Shown here piece after piece: positions 38,527 to 48,038 of a DNA stretch of 64,000 nt. Under the pieces are notes generated by a model, which saw nothing but the letters and a program-made list of their open reading frames with translations, was not told the DNA's origin and did no database searches. The position numbers and the translations under genes were made by a program. Origin of the DNA: Candidatus Fermentibacterota bacterium (GTDB taxonomy: Bacteria; Fermentibacterota; Fermentibacteria; Fermentibacterales; JCC-6); contig JAUWSQ010000003.1 of the NCBI GenBank assembly GCA_030609965.1, positions 3,861 through 67,860 on the forward strand. Reading direction: 5' to 3'. Each line of letters opens with the position of its first letter. Position 1 is the first letter of the stretch.

Positions 38527-39311
38527 TGCTGCTTAAGACTCTCCTTACTGCAATTTCAATCTCTATTCTTCTTTCCTGCGGTACAGTAACGCAGGAATCC
38601 ATGCTCAGGCAGAGCGAACTTTACGCAAGCAGGATAGCTTTCGGCTGGGAAAAACTAGGCAGCTTTCAGCTCAGAGGTAATGCCAGGCTGGAGGGAAGTA
38701 ATCTGGTTGCAAGGGGTCCTTTTGTGCTTTGGGGTCATGCTGAGGAAGGTTTGCTCAGAGGAGATTTTTACGGTCCTGACGGTAAACCTGTCATCTCCAT
38801 TAAGGGAGATTCAACAGGTATGCTGATCTATATGCCACAGGACGAATATGCCTCCTTCATGCCCGGAGGTCTTCGTACTGGCGGTGGAACGATCTCCGTT
38901 ACCAATCTCCTTCATCTTCTCAGAACTGGTTATCCCCTCGTAATGGAAGCATGGGAGATAACAGGCAGCGCATCGGTATCGGGGGAAAGTATCCAGTGGG
39001 TATTCTGCGTATGCGATACGGTAGACCGGATGGTTCTTTCAATGGAGGACGGTGATATTTTCCCCTCAGAATGCAAGTGGAAAAACGGAGAATTTACAAT
39101 CAAAGCCTCTTCACCGCACGATGAATACAACTCCTGGCCCTGGAGCTGGAGTACAAGAATCAACAATAACGCGGTAGAACTTGAGTTAACAGATATAAAT
39201 ACTTCTGTGGTACCCTGGGGGGGTATATGGGAAATGGCAGTTCCGATTCCCATAGATACACTTGACTTGGCTCCATTCTGGCAACCTGAATTGGAGCCTG
39301 ATCGAAGATAA
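38526..39311 (+). CDS. Putative lipoprotein (LolB/DUF4292-like).
   Basis: Signal peptide with lipobox LLSCG. Beta-rich soluble domain. Confidence 0.5.
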   Translation: MLLKTLLTAISISILLSCGTVTQESMLRQSELYASRIAFGWEKLGSFQLRGNARLEGSNLVARGPFVLWGHAEEGLLRGDFYGPDGKPVISIKGDSTGMLIYMPQDEYASFMPGGLRTGGGTISVTNLLHLLRTGYPLVMEAWEITGSASVSGESIQWVFCVCDTVDRMVLSMEDGDIFPSECKWKNGEFTIKASSPHDEYNSWPWSWSTRINNNAVELELTDINTSVVPWGGIWEMAVPIPIDTLDLAPFWQPELEPDRR

Positions 39312-39440
39312 TGTTAACATATTATCCCACCTGTTAACTGTCAGGATTCTTTAGTATATTGCAACTGTCTGAATCTGGAGTTGACGCAAGCCTGTATGTT
39401 TAAAATTCAATGAGTTAATATACAGTTTACGGGAGGGTAA

Positions 39441-40490
39441 ATGAGTATCTCCGGAACATTAAGCAGTATTTTCGGAAGAAAGCCCGGTACTCTATTGTCA
39501 AATTCAATGGCCATAGACCTGGGAACCGCAAATACACTCATATATATTCAGGGCAAGGGTATTGTACTGGAGCAACCCAGTGTTGTATCTATTGATCGCG
39601 AAAGTGGTGAACTTGTTGCTGTCGGGAACGACGCAAAAGTAATGCTTGGGCGTACCGGAATGGCTCTACATGCTCTGAAACCACTGAAGGATGGCGTAAT
39701 TACCAATGCCACCGCTACAATGGCCATGTTGAGAGAATTCTTCAGTATGGCAAAAACACGTAAAATATCAATGAGACCCAGGATACTCGTATGCGTGCCC
39801 AGCGGCATTACGGAGGTTGAAATATCAGCTGTGAGAACTGCTCTGGAAAGGGCAGGCGCAAGGGAGGTTCTTCTTGTATCCGAGCCTCTTGCATCAGCTA
39901 TAGGTGTAGGAATTCTCGTTGAACGAGCAGCCGGTAATATGATTGTAGATATCGGTGGTGGAACAACTGAAGTTGCTGTGATCAGCCTGTCCTCGATCGT
40001 TGCCAACAATTCCATAAGGATCGGCGGTGATGAGATCGATGAGGCGATATCAGCGTACCTGAAAAAGAAGTACAGCCTCCTTATCGGCGAGAGGACCGCT
40101 GAATTGGTCAAGATAAGGATGGGAACTGTACTGGAGGATGATGACGAAGAGTACGAAGTCAGCGGACTTGACTTCGTAAACGGAATCCCCGAAACGTATA
40201 TGATTAGCTCAGAGGATATAAGAAACGCCCTTAAGGAAGTAATTGCAACGATAGTAGATGCTGTAAGGCACGGTCTCGAGAAAACTCCTCCCGAGCTCGC
40301 CAGCGATATAGTTGAACGTGGAATTGTTCTGACAGGCGGAGGAGCTCTTCTGAGAGGACTGGACAAACTTCTTATGAGTGAAACAGGGCTGCCGATCAGA
40401 GTTGCGGATAATCCGCTTTCCTGTACTGTGCTGGGTGCCGGCCTGATACTTGAAGATATCTATCGGTACCGTAACCTTCTCATTCAGTAG
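39441..40490 (+). CDS. mreB: Rod shape-determining protein MreB.
   Basis: IDLGTANTLIY.., actin-fold phosphate motifs, DIGGGTTE. Confidence 0.95.
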   Translation: MSISGTLSSIFGRKPGTLLSNSMAIDLGTANTLIYIQGKGIVLEQPSVVSIDRESGELVAVGNDAKVMLGRTGMALHALKPLKDGVITNATATMAMLREFFSMAKTRKISMRPRILVCVPSGITEVEISAVRTALERAGAREVLLVSEPLASAIGVGILVERAAGNMIVDIGGGTTEVAVISLSSIVANNSIRIGGDEIDEAISAYLKKKYSLLIGERTAELVKIRMGTVLEDDDEEYEVSGLDFVNGIPETYMISSEDIRNALKEVIATIVDAVRHGLEKTPPELASDIVERGIVLTGGGALLRGLDKLLMSETGLPIRVADNPLSCTVLGAGLILEDIYRYRNLLIQ

Positions 40491-40494
40491 CGTA

Positions 40495-41286
40495 ATGATT
40501 ACTTCAGTAAAAAAGAGTGCTGGCCGGATTGATGGAAAGAACAGAAGATTCGTATCTTACATTCTAATATCATTGATTCTGCTGATACTAGGCCCTGTTC
40601 TTCTTGGCGGGTTGGGCAGCTGGCTGGGGGCAAGGTTCAGCGAGGTTATCTTCAGCGGGACCAATTCACCTACCGAGGATAAACTAAGAAACGATATCAT
40701 GCAGCTGATGCTTGAGAATTCGATTCTCAGAGAGGAAGTTGTTAAAGCTGATCAGTACAGAACACTGCTGGGAATTACACGGACGGATAACAGAAACGCT
40801 ATACCTGCAAGGATTCTATACCGTTCCGAAGGGCTGGTCACCGGAACCATGGTTATTGACCAGGGCAGAAAGGACGGTATTCTTGAAAATTCCGTCTGCA
40901 TATCCTCCGAAGGTCTTGTGGGGATTGTAAGTTCAGTGGGGGAAGCCACCAGCGAGATACTTCCCATTACCAATCCTTCCGTAAATGTGAGCTGTGTGAC
41001 CTGGCCATCGGGGGCTTACGGAATCCTTCAGTCAACGTCGAGCGGCGAGCTTAGTCTTGTTCATGTTGACCTGACAAGTGAAGTGCAAACAGGTGACCAG
41101 GTTCTCACTTCAAGATACGGTGGAGTCTTTCCCGATGGACTTCTGGCCGGGAGGGTAACGGGTATCTCAACTGGTGAGGCGGGTCTCGCTCTGAGGTTCA
41201 GCGTGGCTTCCGCAGTAGATTTTGAGGGCACTGGAGAGGTTCTCATACTCCTTCCGGAGATTTCCCACAGCATCGATATGGAATAG
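40495..41286 (+). CDS. mreC: Rod shape-determining protein MreC.
   Basis: N-terminal TM, coiled coil (LENSILREEV), beta-rich C-terminal. Position after mreB. Confidence 0.8.
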   Translation: MITSVKKSAGRIDGKNRRFVSYILISLILLILGPVLLGGLGSWLGARFSEVIFSGTNSPTEDKLRNDIMQLMLENSILREEVVKADQYRTLLGITRTDNRNAIPARILYRSEGLVTGTMVIDQGRKDGILENSVCISSEGLVGIVSSVGEATSEILPITNPSVNVSCVTWPSGAYGILQSTSSGELSLVHVDLTSEVQTGDQVLTSRYGGVFPDGLLAGRVTGISTGEAGLALRFSVASAVDFEGTGEVLILLPEISHSIDME

Positions 41287-41322
41287 TTAACAACGGTATC
41301 ATGACCGGATTTCAGGTGTAAT

Positions 41323-41808
41323 TTGAAAGCTAGAATATTCTTACTGGCTGTAGTGGTAATTATTCAGTTTCTACTGGAACTGACAGCTGGCCGAGTATTT
41401 GTTGCTCCCTCTCTTGTACCTTTTCTACTCATCTATCTATCGGAGAATTACGAAAGAATGTGGGCGGTGAACGGAGCTTTCTGGTCCGGCCTTTGTCTTG
41501 ATCTCCTTCTTCACCAGCCTCCGGGTTCATCATCCCTTGCTTTCCTTGCAGGGATGTATGCGGCAAAAGCTTTCAGTAAGCTTTCATCCGGAGAGGGGAA
41601 AGGCTACCTCCTCAGTATGACGGCCATAGCGGTATTGGTCTCCGATACGATTTTCATACTTATTGCTTCAAGACCACTTGGTTCCGGTTTCAGTTCAGTA
41701 CTTCTTCTTGTCATTCCGAGAGTAGTCCTGACAGTGATCAGCGGAGCACTGATCCTCATTGTAACCGAATGGATTTCGGGCATGAAATCCAGAAAAGTCA
41801 CAGGATAA
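41323..41808 (+). CDS. mreD: Rod shape-determining protein MreD.
   Basis: 161 aa polytopic membrane protein between mreC and mrdA. Confidence 0.7.
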   Translation: MKARIFLLAVVVIIQFLLELTAGRVFVAPSLVPFLLIYLSENYERMWAVNGAFWSGLCLDLLLHQPPGSSSLAFLAGMYAAKAFSKLSSGEGKGYLLSMTAIAVLVSDTIFILIASRPLGSGFSSVLLLVIPRVVLTVISGALILIVTEWISGMKSRKVTG

Positions 41809-41812
41809 GTTC

Positions 41813-43522
41813 ATGCTGAGGAAAGAGAAGCAATGGTCATCACTGGCATTCATGTTAATGACACTGCTTCTCTTTATGATACTCGGGGGAAGGCTTTTCT
41901 ACCTCCAGATCGTCAAAGGAGATTACTACAGAGGACTATCCAGTCAAAACCATATCAGGGTAATAACGAAGCCAGCACCACGCGGACTGATAAGCGACAG
42001 GAACGGAGTGGTTCTCGCTGACAGCAGGCCATCTTTCATTGTAACCGCTGTACCATCGGAATTTGACAGCGCGAACACCGGGCAGGTCGCTTCTCTGCTG
42101 GGTATTCCGGAAGAAGCTCTGTCCAGTATTCTCGATCAGGCCTCCTCTGTTCCCCATAAACCTGTTGTGCTGCAGGCAAGTATGAGTGTGGACGATGTAA
42201 GCTCCATTGCAGAATACATCTATCGTATTCCAGGTGTTCTTATTGATGTTGCTCCTCAGAGGCGGTATCACAGACCTGAGGAATTCTGTCATATCATCGG
42301 ATACGTCGGGCTCTCGGACGATCCTGAATCCTACAGAGGAGAAATAACCGGGAGAACCGGAATCGAATTCAACCTTAACGAAGTGTTACGCGGAAGCCCT
42401 GGATTGCACCGTGAAGTTGTGGATGCTATGGGGAGAGTTGTTGAGGAATACAGGGGAACTGGTTCCGATGAACCCCTGCCGGGTACGAACGTTATTATTA
42501 CAATTGATGCGGAGCTTCAGCGAACAGCACTTGAGCAATTAGAGAAAACAGCACTGCCAGGAGCAGTAGTTATTGTCAATTATGTGAACGGAGATATTCT
42601 CTGTGCAGTCTCTTCCCCTACGTTCGATCCGAACATGTTCTCAAGGGGAATATCACAGGATGAGTGGGACGCCCTTATACAAAATACAGCGAACCCCCTG
42701 TACTGCAGAGCCTGGACAGCATCCTACCCACCGGCTTCCACCTTCAAGATCGTTACTGCTTACTGGCTTCTTGCAGAGGGACTGATCAGCGAGAATACAA
42801 TGCCTGCGCCATGTTACGGCTCACTTATTCTCGGGGACACTGAATTCGGATGCTGGACTGCCCATGGAAGGTTGAACATCATCTCGGCACTTGCGCGGTC
42901 GTGCGATGTATTCTTCTACCGAACAGCACAGCTGGGGTCACTTGACGAACTTGCCGAATACGCAGAATTCTTCGGTCTCGGTTCACGCCTTACGGAAATC
43001 TTTGCGGATGAAAGAAGCGGCCTTGTACCGGATTCGGACTACCTCAACAGCACCTACGGACCTGGTGGATGGGGATTGGGTAATCTTCTCAATGTTTCAA
43101 TTGGCCAGGGGGAGCTTCTGTCCACACCTTTGCAGATGGCGGCAATGACGGGGGTAATCGCTTCGAGAGGACAGATGCCGCTGCCGCGTTTAGTTCTGCA
43201 GGGAGAACAGAGAGAGCCCTTCTTCCCGCCGAAAGCCTGCGATGATACCGCATTCGATGTCGTAACAGAGGGAATGCTGCAGGTAATCGAGTCCAGGAGG
43301 GGAACTCTTCACACAGTATTTTCGGATTTCCCATGGGATTTCTGGGGAAAAACCGGAACTGCCGAGTGCTCCGGTGAAGATCACGCAATTATTGTTGGTT
43401 TTACCCGTGAACCTGAACCTGTTGTCATTTGCGTTTTTATAGAACATGGCGGACATGGGGGGGTAATTGCGGGACCTGTGGCAAGGGATATACTTCTGAG
43501 TTACTTCGAGGGGAGTGATTGA
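41813..43522 (+). CDS. mrdA: Penicillin-binding protein 2 (peptidoglycan D,D-transpeptidase).
   Basis: SxxK ASTFK, SxN, KTG(T) motifs. N-terminal TM anchor. Confidence 0.9.
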   Translation: MLRKEKQWSSLAFMLMTLLLFMILGGRLFYLQIVKGDYYRGLSSQNHIRVITKPAPRGLISDRNGVVLADSRPSFIVTAVPSEFDSANTGQVASLLGIPEEALSSILDQASSVPHKPVVLQASMSVDDVSSIAEYIYRIPGVLIDVAPQRRYHRPEEFCHIIGYVGLSDDPESYRGEITGRTGIEFNLNEVLRGSPGLHREVVDAMGRVVEEYRGTGSDEPLPGTNVIITIDAELQRTALEQLEKTALPGAVVIVNYVNGDILCAVSSPTFDPNMFSRGISQDEWDALIQNTANPLYCRAWTASYPPASTFKIVTAYWLLAEGLISENTMPAPCYGSLILGDTEFGCWTAHGRLNIISALARSCDVFFYRTAQLGSLDELAEYAEFFGLGSRLTEIFADERSGLVPDSDYLNSTYGPGGWGLGNLLNVSIGQGELLSTPLQMAAMTGVIASRGQMPLPRLVLQGEQREPFFPPKACDDTAFDVVTEGMLQVIESRRGTLHTVFSDFPWDFWGKTGTAECSGEDHAIIVGFTREPEPVVICVFIEHGGHGGVIAGPVARDILLSYFEGSD

Positions 43523-44723
43523 TCTGATAGGAAGAGACCGACCGGATGTGATTTATCTGATAGCACTTCTGGTGCTTTTCCTGATAGGTCTGGCTGCTGT
43601 ATTTTCTGCTTCAACGGTTATTTCCGAAAGCGGTCTGTTCGATAAGCAGCTTACATGGTCCATAATCGGTTTGCTCGCGTTTCTCGTGGGAACCATTATC
43701 TCCCTCAGAAGACTGGAAGAAATATCACCAATTGCTTATGCATTTATTTGTCTGCTTCTTCTTCTAACCCTTTTCATAGGAAGCGGCCCCGCGAACAGAT
43801 GGCTGGCAATCGGTCCCATTCATGTGCAGCCGTCTGAGATTGCAAAAGCAGGGCTTATATTTATGACTGCCTGGTGGCTCGCATCACAGAAAGTAAGACC
43901 AAGAAAATTCGGAGAAACCCTGATCTTTCTGACTGTAGTTCCTGCAGTTGTTCTGACCGCTCTGCAGCCTGATCTTGGTACCGCGGTCTCGATGCTGCTT
44001 ATCGTTCTGGCAATGTTCATCTGGGCTGGCTACGGGGTCGGATGGATAATACTTCTGGTAAGCCCGATTCTGGCAGCAGTATCCTCAATGAACATTCTGC
44101 TCTGGCTTGGTTTCATGATAATTCTCACAATAATACTTTACAGACGTAAGTATGCAGTTCCCATGTGGATAGCATTCATGGGAGGTAATTCTATTGTGGC
44201 TGCTCTTACTCCGATGGCCTGGAAGATGCTAAAACCCTATCAGCAATCGAGACTGATTACATTCCTGAACCCCTCAAATGATCCCCATGGTTCCGGATGG
44301 AATATCATACAGTCTGAAGTTGCAGTGGGCTCTGGCGGACTGTCCGGTCAGGGCTTTCTTCAGGGTGCACAGAAGGAGCTTGCCTTTCTGCCTGCAAGGC
44401 ACACGGATTTTGTTTTCTCCGTCTGGGCTGAGGAGATGGGTTTTATCGGGTGTCTGATACTGCTCACAGCTTTTTTCATACTTTTCTGGAGAATGGTAAG
44501 TGCCGCCAGGAAATCCGTGAACCCGTTTAATTCTCTTGTGGCAGCTGGAACCGCTGCCTATATCGGCATACATGTTTTCGTTAATGTGGGAATGACCCTG
44601 GGGATAATGCCTGTAACAGGCCTTCCGCTTCCGCTCATCAGCTACGGCGGCAGCCAGCTCGTAACAGTGCTGTTTCTTTTCGGCCTTGTACTCAATGCAG
44701 GAATGTATTGGCGGGAAGTATAG
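43515..44723 (+). CDS. rodA: SEDS-family peptidoglycan glycosyltransferase RodA.
   Basis: FtsW/RodA/SpoVE family. About 10 TM. Conserved PLPLISYGGS. Confidence 0.9.
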   Translation: MIDLIGRDRPDVIYLIALLVLFLIGLAAVFSASTVISESGLFDKQLTWSIIGLLAFLVGTIISLRRLEEISPIAYAFICLLLLLTLFIGSGPANRWLAIGPIHVQPSEIAKAGLIFMTAWWLASQKVRPRKFGETLIFLTVVPAVVLTALQPDLGTAVSMLLIVLAMFIWAGYGVGWIILLVSPILAAVSSMNILLWLGFMIILTIILYRRKYAVPMWIAFMGGNSIVAALTPMAWKMLKPYQQSRLITFLNPSNDPHGSGWNIIQSEVAVGSGGLSGQGFLQGAQKELAFLPARHTDFVFSVWAEEMGFIGCLILLTAFFILFWRMVSAARKSVNPFNSLVAAGTAAYIGIHVFVNVGMTLGIMPVTGLPLPLISYGGSQLVTVLFLFGLVLNAGMYWREV

Positions 44724-44751
44724 CTTTCAGGAAATCGGAGCAACAGACTTG

Positions 44752-45027
44752 TCAATTCCGATAAGCTTCTTTGCGGTGACGGATGCGAGTAATCAATATT
44801 GTACTATTTACAAGCGCAAAAACGATCCTGTAGTCTCCAATACGGTATTTCCTCAATCCGGAATATTTGCCCTTGAGTTCTGGGAGAGAATCCGCCTTGT
44901 CCGGTAACTCAGCCGCTAATTTAGTCAGAATTCTGTCAGCTTCTGATTTGTCTATCTTCTTAAGATCCTTACTTACAGATTTCTTGAAAGTAATACTATA
45001 GGTCAATTTCGGATCGCATATCCTCAA
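44752..45027 (-). CDS. Type II toxin, RelE/ParE family.
   Basis: 91 aa. KKIDKSEADRILTKL..LKGKYSGLRKYRIGDYRIVFALVNSTILITRIRHRKEAY is the RelE/StbE pattern. Overlaps the upstream antitoxin gene by 32 nt. Confidence 0.75.
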   Translation of the reverse strand: MRICDPKLTYSITFKKSVSKDLKKIDKSEADRILTKLAAELPDKADSLPELKGKYSGLRKYRIGDYRIVFALVNSTILITRIRHRKEAYRN

Positions 45028-45229
45028 GAGAAATCACAGAATCGGTTGGATCATGAAGTCGATCAATAGAAATTTGTAAATCAGCCTGATCATTCAGATA
45101 GGCTTCCAGCGCTTTTTGAATAAGAAAGGATTTGGATCGTTCAGATATCCTTGCAACCTCGCTTAATTCCGCTGCTAGTTTTTCAGGAAGCCTGACAGAC
45201 ACGGCAATACTCATTTTTGCACCTTCCAT
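44996..45229 (-). CDS. Ribbon-helix-helix (CopG/ParD-like) antitoxin.
   Basis: MSIAVSVRLPEKLAAELSEVARISERSKSFLIQKALEAYL is RHH. Confidence 0.7.
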   Translation of the reverse strand: MEGAKMSIAVSVRLPEKLAAELSEVARISERSKSFLIQKALEAYLNDQADLQISIDRLHDPTDSVISLEDMRSEIDL

Positions 45230-45329
45230 ATGTATGTGTAGTTATATGTAATACAATATATTACATTGTACGACATATATCAAGATCTATATTCTTTGGT
45301 TGTGAACACTTTGCTTAACCGGCTGGTTA

Positions 45330-45663
45330 ATGCTTTGGATAGAATATTCCCTCCAGTTGATGCAGTTGTCAGGTTTCCTTTGTTGCATTGAAGCAATCTT
45401 TCAAGTAAGCCTCTGCCCATTTTCGTCCTGCAAGATCGGTGATATGATAAATCAAGTCACTTTGCGGGTCACCGTACTTCTTCGCGAGTTCTCCCCAGGT
45501 AATCAAGAACTTTCAGAATAATACTCTCATCCATGAAATCACCTTCAGAGCTGCCATTACAGAAGCAGTGCCAGCATCGATTGACACAAGGCATTGCATG
45601 AACTCGAACGAAAATCAGATCCGGCATTGATTCGCTCCCTATATAAACCTTACGCTTGAACAC
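45330..45663 (-). pseudogene. N-terminal fragment (about 105 aa, frameshifted) of a radical SAM protein paralogous to 46838..47920.
   Basis: PCVNRCWHCFCNG aligns with GCPNRCRHCWLGPANG of the intact gene. After a stop, the -1 frame continues GELAKKYGDPQSDLIYHITDLAGRKWAEAYL, cf. LYDLEAELGDGKPDRYELLSIWRLARDDSYARWAES. Confidence 0.55.
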
Positions 45664-45729
45664 ATCTGCTGGCTCTGGCGGTCAGGTGCAGTTAATTGTT
45701 GATGACCGCTGCCACATGATCGAAATTGG

Positions 45730-46635
45730 CTATGGCCGCCAGGAAGGTGGATCGCCAGACGTGAGTTCCTCGAAGAGACTCACAAATAAGGCCGTGAAAT
45801 CAGCTCCGTTTTCCGTGTGGACGAGCGCATTAGGTGCGGTGATCAAGAGAAGCTCGCGTGTATCGAATCTTTCGGCCTTTACGGTTTGTTTCAGGAGTTT
45901 GAGCTCGTCGTTCTGCAGTACGAAGAGCCCGTCCGCTCCCGCGCCCACCCAAACCATGTTGTTCCATTTGGTGACACAGTGAAGCATGCCGTCGAACCTG
46001 AGCAGTTCCTCCCAGCCATATACTGTTCCTTGGAGCAGGTGGCCATTGGTACCGCAGGCGTACATCTCGTCCTCTGAAACTATAAAGACATCGGAGAGGT
46101 TCCCATCTGTCGGGCCGTGAACGACACTGAAGGTGTGACCGTCCCAGCGGGCGATAAGACCACGCTGGCCAACCGCATAAATTAAGTCGTTCCGGATTCC
46201 ACGAATGCTGCCGATGAGCCCGGGCGAGTCGATCTCGACCCATTCGGTCCCGCTAAATAGAAAAGCCACCGGAGCCCCTGCGCGGATACCCCAGGTAAAC
46301 ACGAGTTCGTCGTTAAGGCCCCAAATCCCCTGAAGCGTGGCCTTGAGCTTGAAAGTATTCCATGGCTCGGCACGAGCTTCAAAAGAGGGATTCATGTATA
46401 CACGGCCAGCTGACTCGCAGACCCAAACACAAGAATCCGTGCGCCAGATTCCGGTCATCCATCCGCGCTGACTCATCAGGGTATGGCTTTGGCCTCCGTC
46501 ACTTTGTCCAATCCAACTCTCTCCGTCCTGCGGCGTGAAACCATGTTCTGCATCGAAGCGGTAACCAATCCAATGGCAATCAATTCTGCTCGAACCGCTT
46601 GCAGCGGCGAAGTCGTGACCCAGTGTAATGCTCAT
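45730..46635 (-). CDS. Hypothetical beta-propeller protein.
   Basis: 301 aa. Repeated W/G-rich blade-like segments. No confident family. Confidence 0.5.
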   Translation of the reverse strand: MSITLGHDFAAASGSSRIDCHWIGYRFDAEHGFTPQDGESWIGQSDGGQSHTLMSQRGWMTGIWRTDSCVWVCESAGRVYMNPSFEARAEPWNTFKLKATLQGIWGLNDELVFTWGIRAGAPVAFLFSGTEWVEIDSPGLIGSIRGIRNDLIYAVGQRGLIARWDGHTFSVVHGPTDGNLSDVFIVSEDEMYACGTNGHLLQGTVYGWEELLRFDGMLHCVTKWNNMVWVGAGADGLFVLQNDELKLLKQTVKAERFDTRELLLITAPNALVHTENGADFTALFVSLFEELTSGDPPSWRP

Positions 46636-46749
46636 ATTCCTCTACTGCATTTAATACTGATCAAAAGAGATCAATTGTTTTCTCTCTCATTCTTTTTTAA
46701 CTTTGGAACCACCGACCGAATGCATCTGTTTTGTTAGACGAATGATCAC

Positions 46750-46837
46750 ACCTTGGGTTCCCATAGCTCTATTGCGTTTCCCTCTGGATCTTTTGACCTG
46801 AAAAATAATCCACCGATCCCGGTAACTCTTTCCATTG
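46750..46837 (-). pseudogene. 29-codon remnant encoding the C-terminal strand of a glyoxalase/VOC-family protein (MERVTGIGGLFFRSKDPEGNAIELWEPKV).
   Basis: GG.FF..DPDGN.IEL is the characteristic VOC C-terminus. ATG lies 4 nt after the radical SAM stop. Confidence 0.4.
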
Positions 46838-47920
46838 TTATCTCCTTTTCCATTCCTTCTCGCAATGCCTTCCTCTGTATAGGGAAAGCAGATCTTCTTT
46901 GCTTGAGTATACTCTATGGCTGTTCGGAATGCCGTACTGCCTTGTGAGTTCCGCAGGTAACTTGTGCGCAAGAGATTTCAATCCCGGGGTGTCGTTGTTC
47001 TCAAAACGATGAATGATTGTTTCAACACTGTCTCGTTTGAGATTCCCAAGGCACCACCAGTCTTCAAGTGTTCCAATATTCGCGAAGATGTCCCAATTGC
47101 TGCGCACGAAAAACCAAAGAACCTCGGGCAGTGTATATTTGATATTCATATTTCCATCATTAAGAATCTTGGAGTATAAGGTTTCTTCGCTTTGCCAGAG
47201 CACATCGTTTGATAAATACTTTCTTGTCGACTCCAGAATGACCTCCGGTAAATTGATCACCTGCTCGATCGTGGGTCTGAGATTTTCAATTTTCCGAGCT
47301 TCATGATCCGGCCCCGGCAGATGAATGAATAACTGAAACTCATCACCCAGATCTTGAACACGCTGTCTCAACCTGAGTTTATCGATTAGTACAAGTAACC
47401 CATTCAGCTCAGGAAAGAGTTTCGTAGTCAAAAAAATCTGCCATCGCGGCTTCATACCAGCATCGAGCAATCGCTCGCTGGCAATAAGTGCATCGTCGAA
47501 TGCTCCCTTGCGGCGATGAAACCAATCGTTCGTTTCCCGCAAACCGAAAAATGATATTTGACATGTATCAGGCCCGATAGATTCGGCCCACCGGGCATAG
47601 GAATCATCCCTCGCAAGCCGCCAGATACTGAGTAGTTCATATCGATCAGGTTTTCCGTCTCCCAGTTCTGCTTCAAGATCGTAGAGTTTTCGATAGTCAT
47701 CACGCAAGTCTGGCTCGCGGAACGATGTTGCGATCGATAATTTCTTGATGGGCGTATTCCCTTTAGCAATGAAATTTCGAAACAGAGATGTCCCCCATCG
47801 GATGTCTTGTTCAGAAAGAGTAGGACCGTTAGCGGGTCCAAGCCAGCAATGCCGACATCGATTAGGACAGCCCTGCATATCGAAAGCCACACCTATTTGA
47901 TTTCTGTCAATTTCAGGCAT
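46838..47920 (-). CDS. Radical SAM domain protein (function unknown).
   Basis: GCPNRCRHCW (CX3CX2C) near the N-terminus. 360 aa. No second Cys cluster. Confidence 0.7.
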   Translation of the reverse strand: MPEIDRNQIGVAFDMQGCPNRCRHCWLGPANGPTLSEQDIRWGTSLFRNFIAKGNTPIKKLSIATSFREPDLRDDYRKLYDLEAELGDGKPDRYELLSIWRLARDDSYARWAESIGPDTCQISFFGLRETNDWFHRRKGAFDDALIASERLLDAGMKPRWQIFLTTKLFPELNGLLVLIDKLRLRQRVQDLGDEFQLFIHLPGPDHEARKIENLRPTIEQVINLPEVILESTRKYLSNDVLWQSEETLYSKILNDGNMNIKYTLPEVLWFFVRSNWDIFANIGTLEDWWCLGNLKRDSVETIIHRFENNDTPGLKSLAHKLPAELTRQYGIPNSHRVYSSKEDLLSLYRGRHCEKEWKRR

Positions 47921-47957
47921 AAGATTCTCGTTTTTTTCCTTCTGAGAGATAACAACA

Positions 47958-48038
47958 CTTCAAATCAGCAGACAAGAAGCGTTTGTATTTACCTTTAACG
48001 CCGTTCTGCTGTATTTGTTTGTTGAAACTTAATTTTCC
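47958..48038. repeat. Approximately 85-bp repeated intergenic element, copy 2.
   Basis: CTTCAAATCAGCAGACAAGAAGC..GTTCTGCTGTATTTGTTTGTTG is about 80% identical to 29377-29459. 3' end overlaps the GNAT stop codon. Confidence 0.65.

Noticed and set aside
39548-40366. 272-aa minus-strand ORF rich in Ser/Pro/Arg.
   Set aside because: Antisense to mreB. Low-complexity composition.
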